DNA of 64,000 nucleotides, from positions 6,860 through 70,859 of the forward strand of contig CAMKPE010000003.1 in the NCBI GenBank assembly GCA_946414595.1, given 5' to 3'. Positions within the stretch are counted from its first letter, which is position 1, and each line of letters starts with the position of its first letter. Below, one piece after another: positions 52,790-63,248 of the stretch. Made by a program: the position numbers and the translations under genes. This DNA comes from an uncultured Clostridium sp. GTDB lineage: Bacteria > Bacillota_I > Bacilli_A > RF39 > UBA660. The notes under the pieces are model-generated. The model ran no database searches. It was not told the origin of the DNA and saw nothing but the letters and a program-made list of their open reading frames with translations.

Positions 52790-55700
52790 ATGAACAAAAT
52801 TTATTCTAAATTTTTAGATGATTGCAACAATATTGAGAGTTATTACGGAAAGTTAGTCGAACTAACTAAAAATCATAATTTTGTTGGGTCTACAAATGAG
52901 TGGATAATAGATAATTTTTACTTAATTGTTGAACAAAGAAATTCACTAAAAAGATTATTTAAACATAAAAAGAATTTAAAAGAGATGTTAGCTAAGAATG
53001 AAGATATGTACTCCATTCTTAAAGATATATTTAAGAGTCATGACTATAATCTTGATAAGCATTTAATAATTAAAGAATTAAACGCTTATCAAACAAAGAA
53101 CAATTGTTATTTCTCTTATGAGACTATAAGAGTTATTCCAATTTTAATAACAATGCTTCTTGTAGATGAACTCAATTTGTTGTGCATTAAAAGAGAAGAA
53201 AAGTTAGATGACTTAAAGAAAGTTAATGAAGTTATTACTAAGCTTGATAATGATAGAATAACTAATCCAGATATTGATTTTAATGATTATATTAAGATTG
53301 ATGAATATTTAATTGAACATCCATATTATTTATATAATTTGAATGCTAATTTAAAAGAGTTTGGTGAATCAAGTAACGATGTGTTTGAGAAGTTAAATAA
53401 ATACTTACAAGAGAACAATGTTGATTTAAAACAAGTTATTAATGAAGAACATTTATCTAGTATTTCAGATGGATTATTAGTATCTAACTTATTCAATAAT
53501 ATGAGAACTGTATCAAGGATTGAGTTTGATTATTTGTGCGATAAGATTAGTAAAGCTGAAAAGTTATTGCTATCTAATCCTACTTATAAAGCAATGACTC
53601 AAGAATCTAAGAATCTTTATAGAAAACAAATTATAAAGAATACTAAAAAGATTGATGAATATAAGTATGTTTATAATATTGTTGATAAAGTAAGAGATAA
53701 CAATAAAGAAATAGCAGATTATATATTTAAAAAGAAAAACACTAATAAGATTTATATTATTTATGTAACTTTAATTTTAGTATTTACTATAGCTATATCT
53801 GTTATTCTTGGTAAGTTTGTTTTAGATATTTGGGCATTAGGAACAATATTATTGCTATTCCCAATTAGTGAAGTAGTAATGCAGTTTATTAATAAGATTT
53901 TTATGAGATTTAATAAACCAAAGCCACTTCCTAAATATGATTTTTCAAGAGGAATTCCTAAAGAATTCTCTACAATGGTTGTAATACCTACAATTGTTAA
54001 GAATACTAAGAAAATTGATGATATGTTCTTACAACTTGAGAAATATTATTTATCAAATAAGACTCCAAACTTATATTTTACTTTGTTAGGAGATTGTGCT
54101 GAATCTAAGACAAGAGATTGTGATTATGATGAAGAAGTAGCACAATATGGTATTAAGAAAGCTAAAGAATTAAATGAGAAATATAATAAAGAATTATTCT
54201 ATTTCTTATATAGAAGAAGAGTATTTAATGAGTGTGAAGGTAAGTTCTTAGGTTACGAAAGAAAACGTGGGGGCTTAATGCACTTCAATAAAATACTTTT
54301 AGGTAAGTTTACTGATAAAGAAAAAGAAAAGTATATTTATTGCGAAACAGTAAGTAATCTAAAAGCTGAAATTAAATATGTTATTACGCTTGATGCTGAT
54401 ACTGAGCTTGTATTAAACACTGCTCAAAAGCTAGTTGGGCTTATGGCACACCCATCTAATAGACCAGTATTAAGTAAAAATAAAGATAAAGTTATTTCAG
54501 GATATGCCTTAGTACAACCAAGAGTAAGTGTTGATATTGAATCAACTAATAAATCAACTTACTCACAACTTGTTGCAGGTATTGGTGGATTTGATATTTA
54601 TTCATCAATAATTCCTAACTTCTATCAAGATGTATTTGACGAAGGAAGTTTCGTTGGTAAAGGTATATATGATGTTGAAGTTTTTGAAACAGTTATTGGG
54701 GAAAAACTTCCAGAAAACTTAATATTAAGCCATGACTTATTAGAAGGTAACTATGTAAGATGTGGATATGCATCAGATATTGAATTAATCGATGACTTCC
54801 CATCATCATTCCTTGTTGATATGTCAAGACAACACAGATGGACAAGAGGAGATATTCAAATACTTGGATGGCTTAAGAAAAAAGTTAAGAGTAAGAGCGG
54901 AATTAAAGTAAAGAATCCATTAAATGGAATAGAAAAGTTTAAGATATTTGATAACTTAAGAAGAATACTTGTTAAACCATCATTACTATTACTTCTTGGT
55001 TTATCATTCATTTGTGGTAATCCATTTGTAAGTTTATTAACTTCAGTATTAGTAATATTCTTACCAATGCTATTCTATTTAAAAGAAATATTAAATATTC
55101 AAAAGAAAACAACGTTATCGTTTAAACATTATGATTCATTAATGTTTGGAACATCTGCTTTAATATCACGTGTATTTATTGATTTAATTACAATGCCTTA
55201 TGTAGCATATATGCATTTAAATGCAACATGTAAATCATTATATAGAATGCTTATAAGCCATAAGAACTTATTAAACTGGGTAACTGCTGAGGATGCAGCT
55301 AAGACAATTAATAATAAATTTACAACATACTTAAGAGTATTTAAACCTAACTATGTAATGATTATATTGTTTATGATTTTATCATTTGCATACACTAATT
55401 ATTTCTATGTAGGATTAATTATTTCAATATGTTTCTTACTTGCACCATTCCTATTATGGAGAGTAAGTCAAGAGAATAAGAAAGTTGAAGATCTTGAAAA
55501 GAATAAGAAAGAAGACTTAGAAAATATTGCTAAGAAGACATGGAATTTCTTTGAGAGTTTATTAACAGAAGAAAATCATTATTTAATACCAGATAATTAT
55601 CAATTAAATAGAGAAAAAAGAGTTGATTATAAGACATCTCCTACAGATATAGGTATGTCACTTACTTCTGTTGTTTCAGCATATGAATTTGGATTCATTA

Positions 55701-58700
55701 ATAGAGATAAAGCAGTTTTCTATATTGATCATATTTTAAGATCAGTTGAAAAGCTTGAAAAATGGAATGGATTTATTTATAACTGGTACAACATTAAGAA
55801 TATGACTAAGATGATGCCTTATGATATATCATCTGTTGATAATGGTAACTTAGCAGCATGTTATATAGTTGTTAAAGAATTCTTATTAAAAGTTAAAGAA
55901 TATGGTTTAGCTAATAAAGTTGAATTCATGTTCAATGAAATGGATTTCAAAAAACTATATACTGATAAAGATGTATTTAGTATCGCTTATGATTGTACTG
56001 AAGATAGATTATCTGCATACAACTACAATAAGTTTGCTAGTGAAAGTAGAATATTAAGCTTTGTAGCTATTGCTAAAGGAGATGCTCCTTCTAAGCACTG
56101 GTTATGTCTTGATAAATCACTTACTAGATATAGAAAATATAAAGGATTAACATCTTGGAGTGGAACATCATTTGAATACTTCATGCCTGAATTATTTATG
56201 AAGAGTTATTCAAATACACTTCTTGATGAAAGTTATTTCTTTGCAATATATTGTCAAAGAGAATATATGAAAGAAGTAGATAAAGATATGCCTTGGGGTA
56301 TTTCTGAATCTGCTTATGGTGAATTAGATGATGGGCTTAACTACAAATATAAAGCTTTCTCAACGCCATATTTAAAAGTACAAGAAGATAAAAACCAAAG
56401 AGTAGTTATAGCACCATACGCATCACTTCTTGCATTAAGTAATAATCCACAAGCAGTATATTCTAATGTAATTAGACTAAAAAGATTAGGACTTCTTGGA
56501 GAATTTGGATTCTATGAATCATATGACTATGATGATAAAGAAATAGTTAAATCATATTTCTCACATCACCAAGGAATGATTCTTGCAAGTTTATGTAATT
56601 ATTTAAGAAATGATGCTATTAAGAACTATTTCCATAATGATGTAAGAATTAAATCAGTAGAGATTTTATTAAAAGAAAAAGTTCAATTTAATCCAATGAT
56701 TGATATGAAGATCTATGGATATAAGAAGTATCATTATGAAAAAGAAATTGTTGAAAATGATATAAGAGCATTCAATTATATGTCAGATATTCCTGAAGTA
56801 TCAGTACTATCTAATAATGACTATATGTTATTAATGAATGATAGAGGTAATGGATTCTCAAGATATAAGAGAGTTCAATTAAATAGATATAGAAAGATAA
56901 CTGAACAAGATTATGGAATGTTCATGTATATCAAAGATTTAAGTAATTCTAAGTTCTGGAGTAATACTTATTCTCCAACTTATGTAGAACCTGATAAATA
57001 CAATGTTGTATTTGCAAGTGATAGAATTACATTTATAAGACAAGATGAACATTTAACTACTAAGACTGAAATAATCGTTACAAAAGAACATAATGCTGAA
57101 ATAAGAAGATTTACTTTCAAGAATAATTCTGATGAAGATAAGTTCTTAGAACTTACAACTTATAATGAACCTATTATTATTGAAAATATTGAAGATGTTA
57201 CTCATAGAACATTTAAGAGTTTATTTATAAGTAGTGAATTTGATAAAGCACATGAAAGTATTGTTATGTGTAGAAGAAACAATAACAAGAATACTGTTCA
57301 ATATTATGTTAATAGATTACTTGTAGAAGATGATGTTCATAGAATTAGTTATGAAACTGAAAGAAGTAGATTTATTGGTAGAAATAGAAATACTGATAAG
57401 CCTCTTGCTATGGAAAGTAAGCTTTCTAATACTGTTGGAACTAATATAGATCCAATAGTAAGTTTAAGAACTAATATAGTTGTTCCTGCTGGTAAAGAAA
57501 GAATTGTATACTTTATTGCAGGATACAGTAAATCACGTGAGCAAATTGATGCAATACTAGATGCTTATAATAGTTATTCTAAGATTAATACAGCATTTGA
57601 GTATGCAACACTTGCTAATAATATTAATACTAAGATTTTAGGTATTAATGGACCTGATATGAGAAACTACAATAAAATGCTTAACTTCTTATATCAAACA
57701 AATAGACATTTCATTAATCCTGAAAGAAAAGATATACTTACTAAGAATAGTATGAATCAAACTAACTTATGGAAATTTGGTATTACTGGAGATTTCCCAA
57801 TAATGCTTGTAGAAGTACATGAGAGTGAATCAGTAAACTTAGTAAAAGAAGTATTAAAAGCATATGAATTCTATAAGACTAGATCAATATTTATAGATGT
57901 TGTTGTAGTAAATAGAGAAAATGAAGAGTATAAACCAATTATTAAAAGAGAAATAGAAAAAGAAATCTATAGAATGAATACTTTATATGATTTCTATGCA
58001 ACACCAGGAAGAATATTTGTACTTGATGATAAAGATGTTAGTTATGCAGAAGATATTTTATTAAATATGGTAGCAAGACTAAGATTTGATACAAGAAGAT
58101 GTTCTTCATTAACTGAAAGTGTTGAAGAGTTATTAAAAGATAATAAGATGGTTAAATATGATCCTATTAAATATGCTCCGGAAATAAAAGAAGAAGAAAT
58201 AAATGATTTAGAGTTCTTCAATAATTTTGGAGGATTTAATAAAGCTGGAGATGAGTATGTAGTTACTAATCCAGATACTCCAACACCATGGTGTAATGTA
58301 ATAGCAAACAACAAGTTTGGTACTATAGTATCTAACAATGAATGTGGATTTACTTATGCTTATAATAGCCAAATGTTTAAGATAACTTCTTGGACAAATG
58401 ATATCGTATTAAACGATAAATCTGAGGGTGTTATAGTAAATGGAGAAAGAGTAAATGCTACTAAATGTACTCATGGATTTGGATATTCAACATTTGGTCA
58501 TGATTCAAAAGATTACTCTTTTGATACAACTCACTTTGTATCAAAAAATGATACTATTAAATTCTATAAGATTAAATTTGTTAACAAAGCAAAAGATAGT
58601 AAGAAATATAAGATTAACTTTTGGATAAATCCAACATTTGGACCAAATGAAGAGAAATCTAGTAGATACTTATTATCAGATTACTTTGAACAAATGAATG

Positions 58701-60466
58701 CAATACTTATAAGAAATGTTTATAATACTAATTTCTCTCATATAACAGCATTCATCTCATCAACACTTCCTTTAAGTAATTATTCAATTGATTTAATTCT
58801 ATTTAAGTCTATTGAAGTAGAATTAGAGCTTAAAGCAGGTGAAGAAAAAGAATTCTCATTTATGCTTGGTAGTGAAATAGGAAATGAAAATGTCCAAGCA
58901 TTAATAGAGAAATATAATACTGATGAAAAGATTAATAAAGAGTTAAAGACAGTTAAAGATTATTGGAAGAATAGATTATCTGTTTATAAAGTTAAGACTC
59001 CAGATGTGTCATTCAACTATGCAATTAATGGATGGTATTTATATCAAACAATTGCATCAAGAATAAATGCTAAAGCAGGATTCTATCAAGTTGGTGGAGC
59101 TTTTGGTTATAGAGATCAATTACAAGATTGTACTAACTTGTGTATTGTTGAACCAGAACTTACTAGAGCTCAAATAATAGAAAATGCTAAACATCAATTT
59201 ATGGAAGGTGATGTACTTCACTGGTGGCATGAATTTATACGTCTTGGTTTAAGAAGTAAATATAAAGATGATTTCTTATGGCTTGTGTATGCAGTAAATA
59301 GATATGTTACTATTTCTGGTGATTACAAGATACTTGATGAACAAATAGAATTCGTAGATGGAGAAAAACTTGGTAAAAATGAAGATGAAAAAGGTATTAA
59401 CTATGTTTATACAAATACTAAGAAGTCTTTATATGAACACTGCTTATTATCAATAATCAAGTCATTCTCTGAACTTGGGGAGAATGGTCTTCCACTAATG
59501 GGTGGTGGAGACTGGAACGATGGTATGAACAAAGTTGGAATTGAAGGTAAAGGAACTAGTGTCTGGCTTGGCTTCTTCTTATATACAATCGTTAAAGGAT
59601 TCTTACCAATTGCTAAGAAATATAAAGATTTAGATACTAAAGAATATGAAGATAAACTTAAGAAATTAAAAGATAGCTTAAATAATGCAGCGTGGGATGG
59701 AGATTATTATCTAAGAGCATTCTTCGATAATGGTGATGCCCTTGGATCAAATAATAATCTTGAATGTAAGATAGACTTAATAAGTCAAAGTTTCTCAATA
59801 CTTTCTGAAGTTGTTGATAAGACTAAAGTTGAATCAGTAGTTAGAAGTGTTGAAGAAAACTTAGTTGATGATAACTTAGAAATCATTAAACTTCTTACTC
59901 CTGCATTTGTTGAAAGCGAAGATAATCCTGGATACATTATGGATTATCCACCTGGAATAAGAGAAAATGGAGGACAATATACACATGCAGTTTCTTGGTA
60001 CATTATGGCTTTAGTTAAATTAGGTGCAAGAGATAAGGCTTATGAATATTATCAAATGATAAATCCAATTAATAGAAGCCTTACAAAGAAAGATGTATTA
60101 AGATATAAAGTAGAACCATATGTTATAGCAGGAGATATCTATAGTAATCCATCACATCCTGCTCGTGGAGGATGGACATGGTACACTGGAAGTGCTGGTT
60201 GGTTCTATAACATAGGTATAACTGAAATTCTTGGTATTAAGAAAGAAGGAAATACATTAAGATTTGTTCCTAGTGTTCCTACTTCATGGAAGAGTTTCGA
60301 AGTTGAATATAAGTATTTAGATACTTTATATAAGATTAAAGTAAACTTAAATGGTAAAAACGATGGCATTTTTGTAGATGGAGATAGAATTAATAAGAAC
60401 TATGTAACACTTAAAAATGACAAACGTATACATGCCATTATAGTTAATGGAGGTACTAATGATTAA
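52790..60466 (+). CDS. cgs: cyclic beta-1,2-glucan synthase-like giant protein (GT84-type transferase plus GH94-type phosphorylase domains)
   Basis: AAGGAG SD before ATG 52790. TM-flanked glycosyltransferase domain (ITLDADTE, QHRWTRGD), a central (alpha/alpha)6-like region, and a C-terminal GH94-like domain (GGGDWNDGMN, ENGGQYTHA). Confidence 0.7.
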   Translation: MNKIYSKFLDDCNNIESYYGKLVELTKNHNFVGSTNEWIIDNFYLIVEQRNSLKRLFKHKKNLKEMLAKNEDMYSILKDIFKSHDYNLDKHLIIKELNAYQTKNNCYFSYETIRVIPILITMLLVDELNLLCIKREEKLDDLKKVNEVITKLDNDRITNPDIDFNDYIKIDEYLIEHPYYLYNLNANLKEFGESSNDVFEKLNKYLQENNVDLKQVINEEHLSSISDGLLVSNLFNNMRTVSRIEFDYLCDKISKAEKLLLSNPTYKAMTQESKNLYRKQIIKNTKKIDEYKYVYNIVDKVRDNNKEIADYIFKKKNTNKIYIIYVTLILVFTIAISVILGKFVLDIWALGTILLLFPISEVVMQFINKIFMRFNKPKPLPKYDFSRGIPKEFSTMVVIPTIVKNTKKIDDMFLQLEKYYLSNKTPNLYFTLLGDCAESKTRDCDYDEEVAQYGIKKAKELNEKYNKELFYFLYRRRVFNECEGKFLGYERKRGGLMHFNKILLGKFTDKEKEKYIYCETVSNLKAEIKYVITLDADTELVLNTAQKLVGLMAHPSNRPVLSKNKDKVISGYALVQPRVSVDIESTNKSTYSQLVAGIGGFDIYSSIIPNFYQDVFDEGSFVGKGIYDVEVFETVIGEKLPENLILSHDLLEGNYVRCGYASDIELIDDFPSSFLVDMSRQHRWTRGDIQILGWLKKKVKSKSGIKVKNPLNGIEKFKIFDNLRRILVKPSLLLLLGLSFICGNPFVSLLTSVLVIFLPMLFYLKEILNIQKKTTLSFKHYDSLMFGTSALISRVFIDLITMPYVAYMHLNATCKSLYRMLISHKNLLNWVTAEDAAKTINNKFTTYLRVFKPNYVMIILFMILSFAYTNYFYVGLIISICFLLAPFLLWRVSQENKKVEDLEKNKKEDLENIAKKTWNFFESLLTEENHYLIPDNYQLNREKRVDYKTSPTDIGMSLTSVVSAYEFGFINRDKAVFYIDHILRSVEKLEKWNGFIYNWYNIKNMTKMMPYDISSVDNGNLAACYIVVKEFLLKVKEYGLANKVEFMFNEMDFKKLYTDKDVFSIAYDCTEDRLSAYNYNKFASESRILSFVAIAKGDAPSKHWLCLDKSLTRYRKYKGLTSWSGTSFEYFMPELFMKSYSNTLLDESYFFAIYCQREYMKEVDKDMPWGISESAYGELDDGLNYKYKAFSTPYLKVQEDKNQRVVIAPYASLLALSNNPQAVYSNVIRLKRLGLLGEFGFYESYDYDDKEIVKSYFSHHQGMILASLCNYLRNDAIKNYFHNDVRIKSVEILLKEKVQFNPMIDMKIYGYKKYHYEKEIVENDIRAFNYMSDIPEVSVLSNNDYMLLMNDRGNGFSRYKRVQLNRYRKITEQDYGMFMYIKDLSNSKFWSNTYSPTYVEPDKYNVVFASDRITFIRQDEHLTTKTEIIVTKEHNAEIRRFTFKNNSDEDKFLELTTYNEPIIIENIEDVTHRTFKSLFISSEFDKAHESIVMCRRNNNKNTVQYYVNRLLVEDDVHRISYETERSRFIGRNRNTDKPLAMESKLSNTVGTNIDPIVSLRTNIVVPAGKERIVYFIAGYSKSREQIDAILDAYNSYSKINTAFEYATLANNINTKILGINGPDMRNYNKMLNFLYQTNRHFINPERKDILTKNSMNQTNLWKFGITGDFPIMLVEVHESESVNLVKEVLKAYEFYKTRSIFIDVVVVNRENEEYKPIIKREIEKEIYRMNTLYDFYATPGRIFVLDDKDVSYAEDILLNMVARLRFDTRRCSSLTESVEELLKDNKMVKYDPIKYAPEIKEEEINDLEFFNNFGGFNKAGDEYVVTNPDTPTPWCNVIANNKFGTIVSNNECGFTYAYNSQMFKITSWTNDIVLNDKSEGVIVNGERVNATKCTHGFGYSTFGHDSKDYSFDTTHFVSKNDTIKFYKIKFVNKAKDSKKYKINFWINPTFGPNEEKSSRYLLSDYFEQMNAILIRNVYNTNFSHITAFISSTLPLSNYSIDLILFKSIEVELELKAGEEKEFSFMLGSEIGNENVQALIEKYNTDEKINKELKTVKDYWKNRLSVYKVKTPDVSFNYAINGWYLYQTIASRINAKAGFYQVGGAFGYRDQLQDCTNLCIVEPELTRAQIIENAKHQFMEGDVLHWWHEFIRLGLRSKYKDDFLWLVYAVNRYVTISGDYKILDEQIEFVDGEKLGKNEDEKGINYVYTNTKKSLYEHCLLSIIKSFSELGENGLPLMGGGDWNDGMNKVGIEGKGTSVWLGFFLYTIVKGFLPIAKKYKDLDTKEYEDKLKKLKDSLNNAAWDGDYYLRAFFDNGDALGSNNNLECKIDLISQSFSILSEVVDKTKVESVVRSVEENLVDDNLEIIKLLTPAFVESEDNPGYIMDYPPGIRENGGQYTHAVSWYIMALVKLGARDKAYEYYQMINPINRSLTKKDVLRYKVEPYVIAGDIYSNPSHPARGGWTWYTGSAGWFYNIGITEILGIKKEGNTLRFVPSVPTSWKSFEVEYKYLDTLYKIKVNLNGKNDGIFVDGDRINKNYVTLKNDKRIHAIIVNGGTND

Positions 60467-61664
60467 TTTTGATTTTCACAAATATGTAAGTAATTATATA
60501 AAGAAAGAAGATAAAGTTGAGTACTTAGAAAAAGCTAGGGAAATAAAAACTAGATTTGTTGAAGGAGATTTAAAATATTGGAATAAGCTTGATACTTTTA
60601 TATCTAATCAAGAATTTAAAAGAATTATAAGTGTATCTGATTATGTTAAATCAAAGTGTGATGTGTTCCTAGTTATTGGTATTGGTGGTTCTTATATGGG
60701 AGCTAAAGCAGTTATTGAAGCATTAACTCCTCTATATAATAAAAAGGGACCTGAAATAATATTCTTAGGTACTAACCTTTGTAGTGAAGAGTACTTTGAA
60801 ACATTAGAATATATTAAAGATAAAGATGTTATCGTAGATGTTATTTCTAAGTCTGGTACTACTTTAGAGCCTTCAATTGCTTTCTCTTTAACTATGGATG
60901 TTATGAAAGAGAAATATAGCGATGAAGAATTAAAACAAAGAATAATCGTTACTACTGATCCAGAAAAAGGAGCTTTAAGAGAGCTTGCTGATAAAGAAGG
61001 ATATGTATCATTCACTGTTCCAGAACAAGTTGGTGGAAGATTCTCTGTTTTAACTCCAGTTGGTCTTTTACCAATTGCTGTAGCAGGAATTGATATATTA
61101 TCTTTAGTAAAAGGTGCTATGTCTTCTTTTGAAAGAGTAGATAGAGCAATAGAATATGCAGTAATAAGAGATATCTTCTACAAAAAAGGAAAAGATGTTG
61201 AATCATTTACTGTATATAACAGTAAAATGTATTATTTTACTGAATGGTTAAAACAGTTATTCGCTGAAACTCAGGGTAAGCAAAAGAAAGCATTACTACC
61301 TATTTCATGTGTTAATACAAGAGACTTACATTCTTTAGGTCAATTCTTACAAGAAGGACATGACATAATATTTGAAACAGTAATTGGAATTGATAAAGAT
61401 AAGAAAGTTTCATTAGACAAATACGATATGGAGCTTAATAGTCTTAATAATATAGCACTTGATAAAGTAGGACTTGCTCACTTTAATGGATTTACCCCAA
61501 CAAATATTATTACAATAGATGAGAAGAATGAATTTGCTATTGGTGAATTAATACATTTCTTCATATTAAGTGCTATTGTAGGAGCATTACTAATTGATGT
61601 AAATCCATTTGATCAACCTGGAGTTCAAGAATATAAAAAATTAATTAATGAGGAGTTAGAATAA
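60459..61664 (+). CDS. pgi: glucose-6-phosphate isomerase
   Basis: GIGGSYMGAKAV, VISKSGTTLEPS and SVLTPVGLLP motifs; GGAGG SD; 8-nt overlap with the end of the glucan synthase gene. Confidence 0.88.
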   Translation: MINFDFHKYVSNYIKKEDKVEYLEKAREIKTRFVEGDLKYWNKLDTFISNQEFKRIISVSDYVKSKCDVFLVIGIGGSYMGAKAVIEALTPLYNKKGPEIIFLGTNLCSEEYFETLEYIKDKDVIVDVISKSGTTLEPSIAFSLTMDVMKEKYSDEELKQRIIVTTDPEKGALRELADKEGYVSFTVPEQVGGRFSVLTPVGLLPIAVAGIDILSLVKGAMSSFERVDRAIEYAVIRDIFYKKGKDVESFTVYNSKMYYFTEWLKQLFAETQGKQKKALLPISCVNTRDLHSLGQFLQEGHDIIFETVIGIDKDKKVSLDKYDMELNSLNNIALDKVGLAHFNGFTPTNIITIDEKNEFAIGELIHFFILSAIVGALLIDVNPFDQPGVQEYKKLINEELE

Positions 61665-61665
61665 T

Positions 61666-62463
61666 ATGGAATATGTAATATTAACAATTGTAATCATTCT
61701 ACTATGTTTTTTACCTGGATGTATCGTACAAGTCAATCAGTATGAAAGAGGAGTATTGTTTTCTCGTGGTAAATTTAAAAAAGTATTAAAACCTGGATGG
61801 AATTTTGTAATACCAATTTTCCAATCATACAAGAAAGTAGATATAAGAACAAAAGCAGATGACGTTCCTGCTCAAGAAGCAATTACTAAGGATAACGTTT
61901 CTGTTAAAATTAATGCAGTTTTATACTACAAAATATTTGATGCTTCAAAGGCTATTTTGGAAGTAGAAAACTATTATTATGCAACTGGTCAACTTGCACA
62001 AACTACAATGAGAAATGCTGTTGGTAGTGTTACTCTTGATGAACTTTTAGGAGAAAGAGAAAAAATATCTGCACAAATTTGTAAGATAATCGATGAATTA
62101 ACTGACCCATGGGGAATTAAAGTTGAAAACGTTGAATTAAAAGACATTTCTCTTCCTGATGAAATGCAAAGAGTTATTGCTAAAGTTGCAGAAGCTGAAC
62201 GTGAGAAACAAGCAGTTATCACTAAGGCAGTTGGAGAAGTTGAAGCATCTAAGAACTTAGCAGAAGCTGCTCAAAATATGAGTAGTGTTCCTGGTGCACT
62301 TCACTTAAGAACTTTATCAACAATTAATGATGTTTCAAGTGACCAATCAAATACAATTATATTTGCAATACCAATTGAAGTATTAAGAGCATTTGAAGGC
62401 GGAATTAGTTCAAATACAATTAAAGATGTTGTATCAAAAATTACAAATAAAAAAGAAGAGTAA
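61666..62463 (+). CDS. SPFH/band-7 (stomatin/slipin-like) membrane protein
   Basis: N-terminal TM plus SPFH domain (VNQYERGVLFSRGKF, DNVSVKINAVLYYKI, EAEREKQA). Confidence 0.85.
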   Translation: MEYVILTIVIILLCFLPGCIVQVNQYERGVLFSRGKFKKVLKPGWNFVIPIFQSYKKVDIRTKADDVPAQEAITKDNVSVKINAVLYYKIFDASKAILEVENYYYATGQLAQTTMRNAVGSVTLDELLGEREKISAQICKIIDELTDPWGIKVENVELKDISLPDEMQRVIAKVAEAEREKQAVITKAVGEVEASKNLAEAAQNMSSVPGALHLRTLSTINDVSSDQSNTIIFAIPIEVLRAFEGGISSNTIKDVVSKITNKKEE

Positions 62464-62508
62464 TCTTCTTTTTTTGTGATATAATTATATATAATAGGAG
62501 AAGGATAT

Positions 62509-63186
62509 ATGAAGAAGTTTGTAACATGTTTTAGTTTAATTCTATGCTTATTTTTATTGAATAACAAAAATGTTAAGGCAGATACTCTGGGTATTAATAT
62601 TCTTTGTGATAAGAATGTAACAAGTAATGAAGAAGCACTTAATTATGATTATCCGAATAATAATAACTATACATATCAATTTGGCGATGAAGTAGTATGT
62701 TATGTTGTTGTAGGTCATAGTGGAAATGATGGGTATGATAAAGTTGAGTTAATTTTAAATGAATCTGATGGGCTTGAATTCGTAAAATTCGAAGAGAACG
62801 ATATTTGGACTAACGTTACTAAAGAAGGAAATAGATATGTATTAACTAGTAACGAAGAAATTATGGGTAGCTTTGTTGTTGGGAAATTGTATTATAAATT
62901 AATCAGTGATAAAGCATATTCATATATAAATGCATATGTGCTAGGAATGGATGCACATACAATAATAAGCACAGTTTCAAATGAAACGCCAGTTGAAAGC
63001 CCAGACCCAGTTGAAAGCCCAGACCCAGTTGGAACTACGAATAATAATTCAACTAAAAACACTTGTGATAATTCAAGTAACAATGATATTTTGTTATATG
63101 TATCTTTAGGTATTAATGCGTTATTAGTAATTATTGTCATAATATTATTAATAACTAAAAAGAAATATAAGAATAATGCCATGTAG
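62509..63186 (+). CDS. secreted surface protein with C-terminal TM anchor
   Basis: Signal peptide (..NNKNVKA-DT), PVESPD tandem repeat, C-terminal TM plus basic tail (LLVIIVIILLITKKKYKNN); no LPxTG. Confidence 0.65.
   Translation: MKKFVTCFSLILCLFLLNNKNVKADTLGINILCDKNVTSNEEALNYDYPNNNNYTYQFGDEVVCYVVVGHSGNDGYDKVELILNESDGLEFVKFEENDIWTNVTKEGNRYVLTSNEEIMGSFVVGKLYYKLISDKAYSYINAYVLGMDAHTIISTVSNETPVESPDPVESPDPVGTTNNNSTKNTCDNSSNNDILLYVSLGINALLVIIVIILLITKKKYKNNAM
62989..63024 (+). repeat. 18-nt tandem repeat (2 full copies plus a partial one) encoding PVESPD
   Basis: CCAGTTGAAAGCCCAGAC repeated exactly at 62989-63006 and 63007-63024, followed by CCAGTTGGA. Confidence 0.9.
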
Positions 63187-63248
63187 GTTAAAAGAAAGTA
63201 GAAATACTTTCTTTTTTGTTATATAATTTATTTATAGTAGGAGGATTT

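Noticed and set aside
2063-62567. Other short embedded ORFs from the track: 2063-2251, 5508-5777, 5717-6001, 7637-7873, 15303-15587, 19045-19305, 21695-21901, 22502-22987, 33796-33996, 34433-34645, 34449-34631, 35048-35332, 41481-41732, 41985-42320, 42380-42565, 45292-45495, 58042-58338, 60692-61015, 61989-62222, 62301-62567, 62892-63182
   Set aside because: Each is nested within or antisense to a longer ORF that carries recognisable protein motifs. None has a convincing SD or a conserved-looking sequence.
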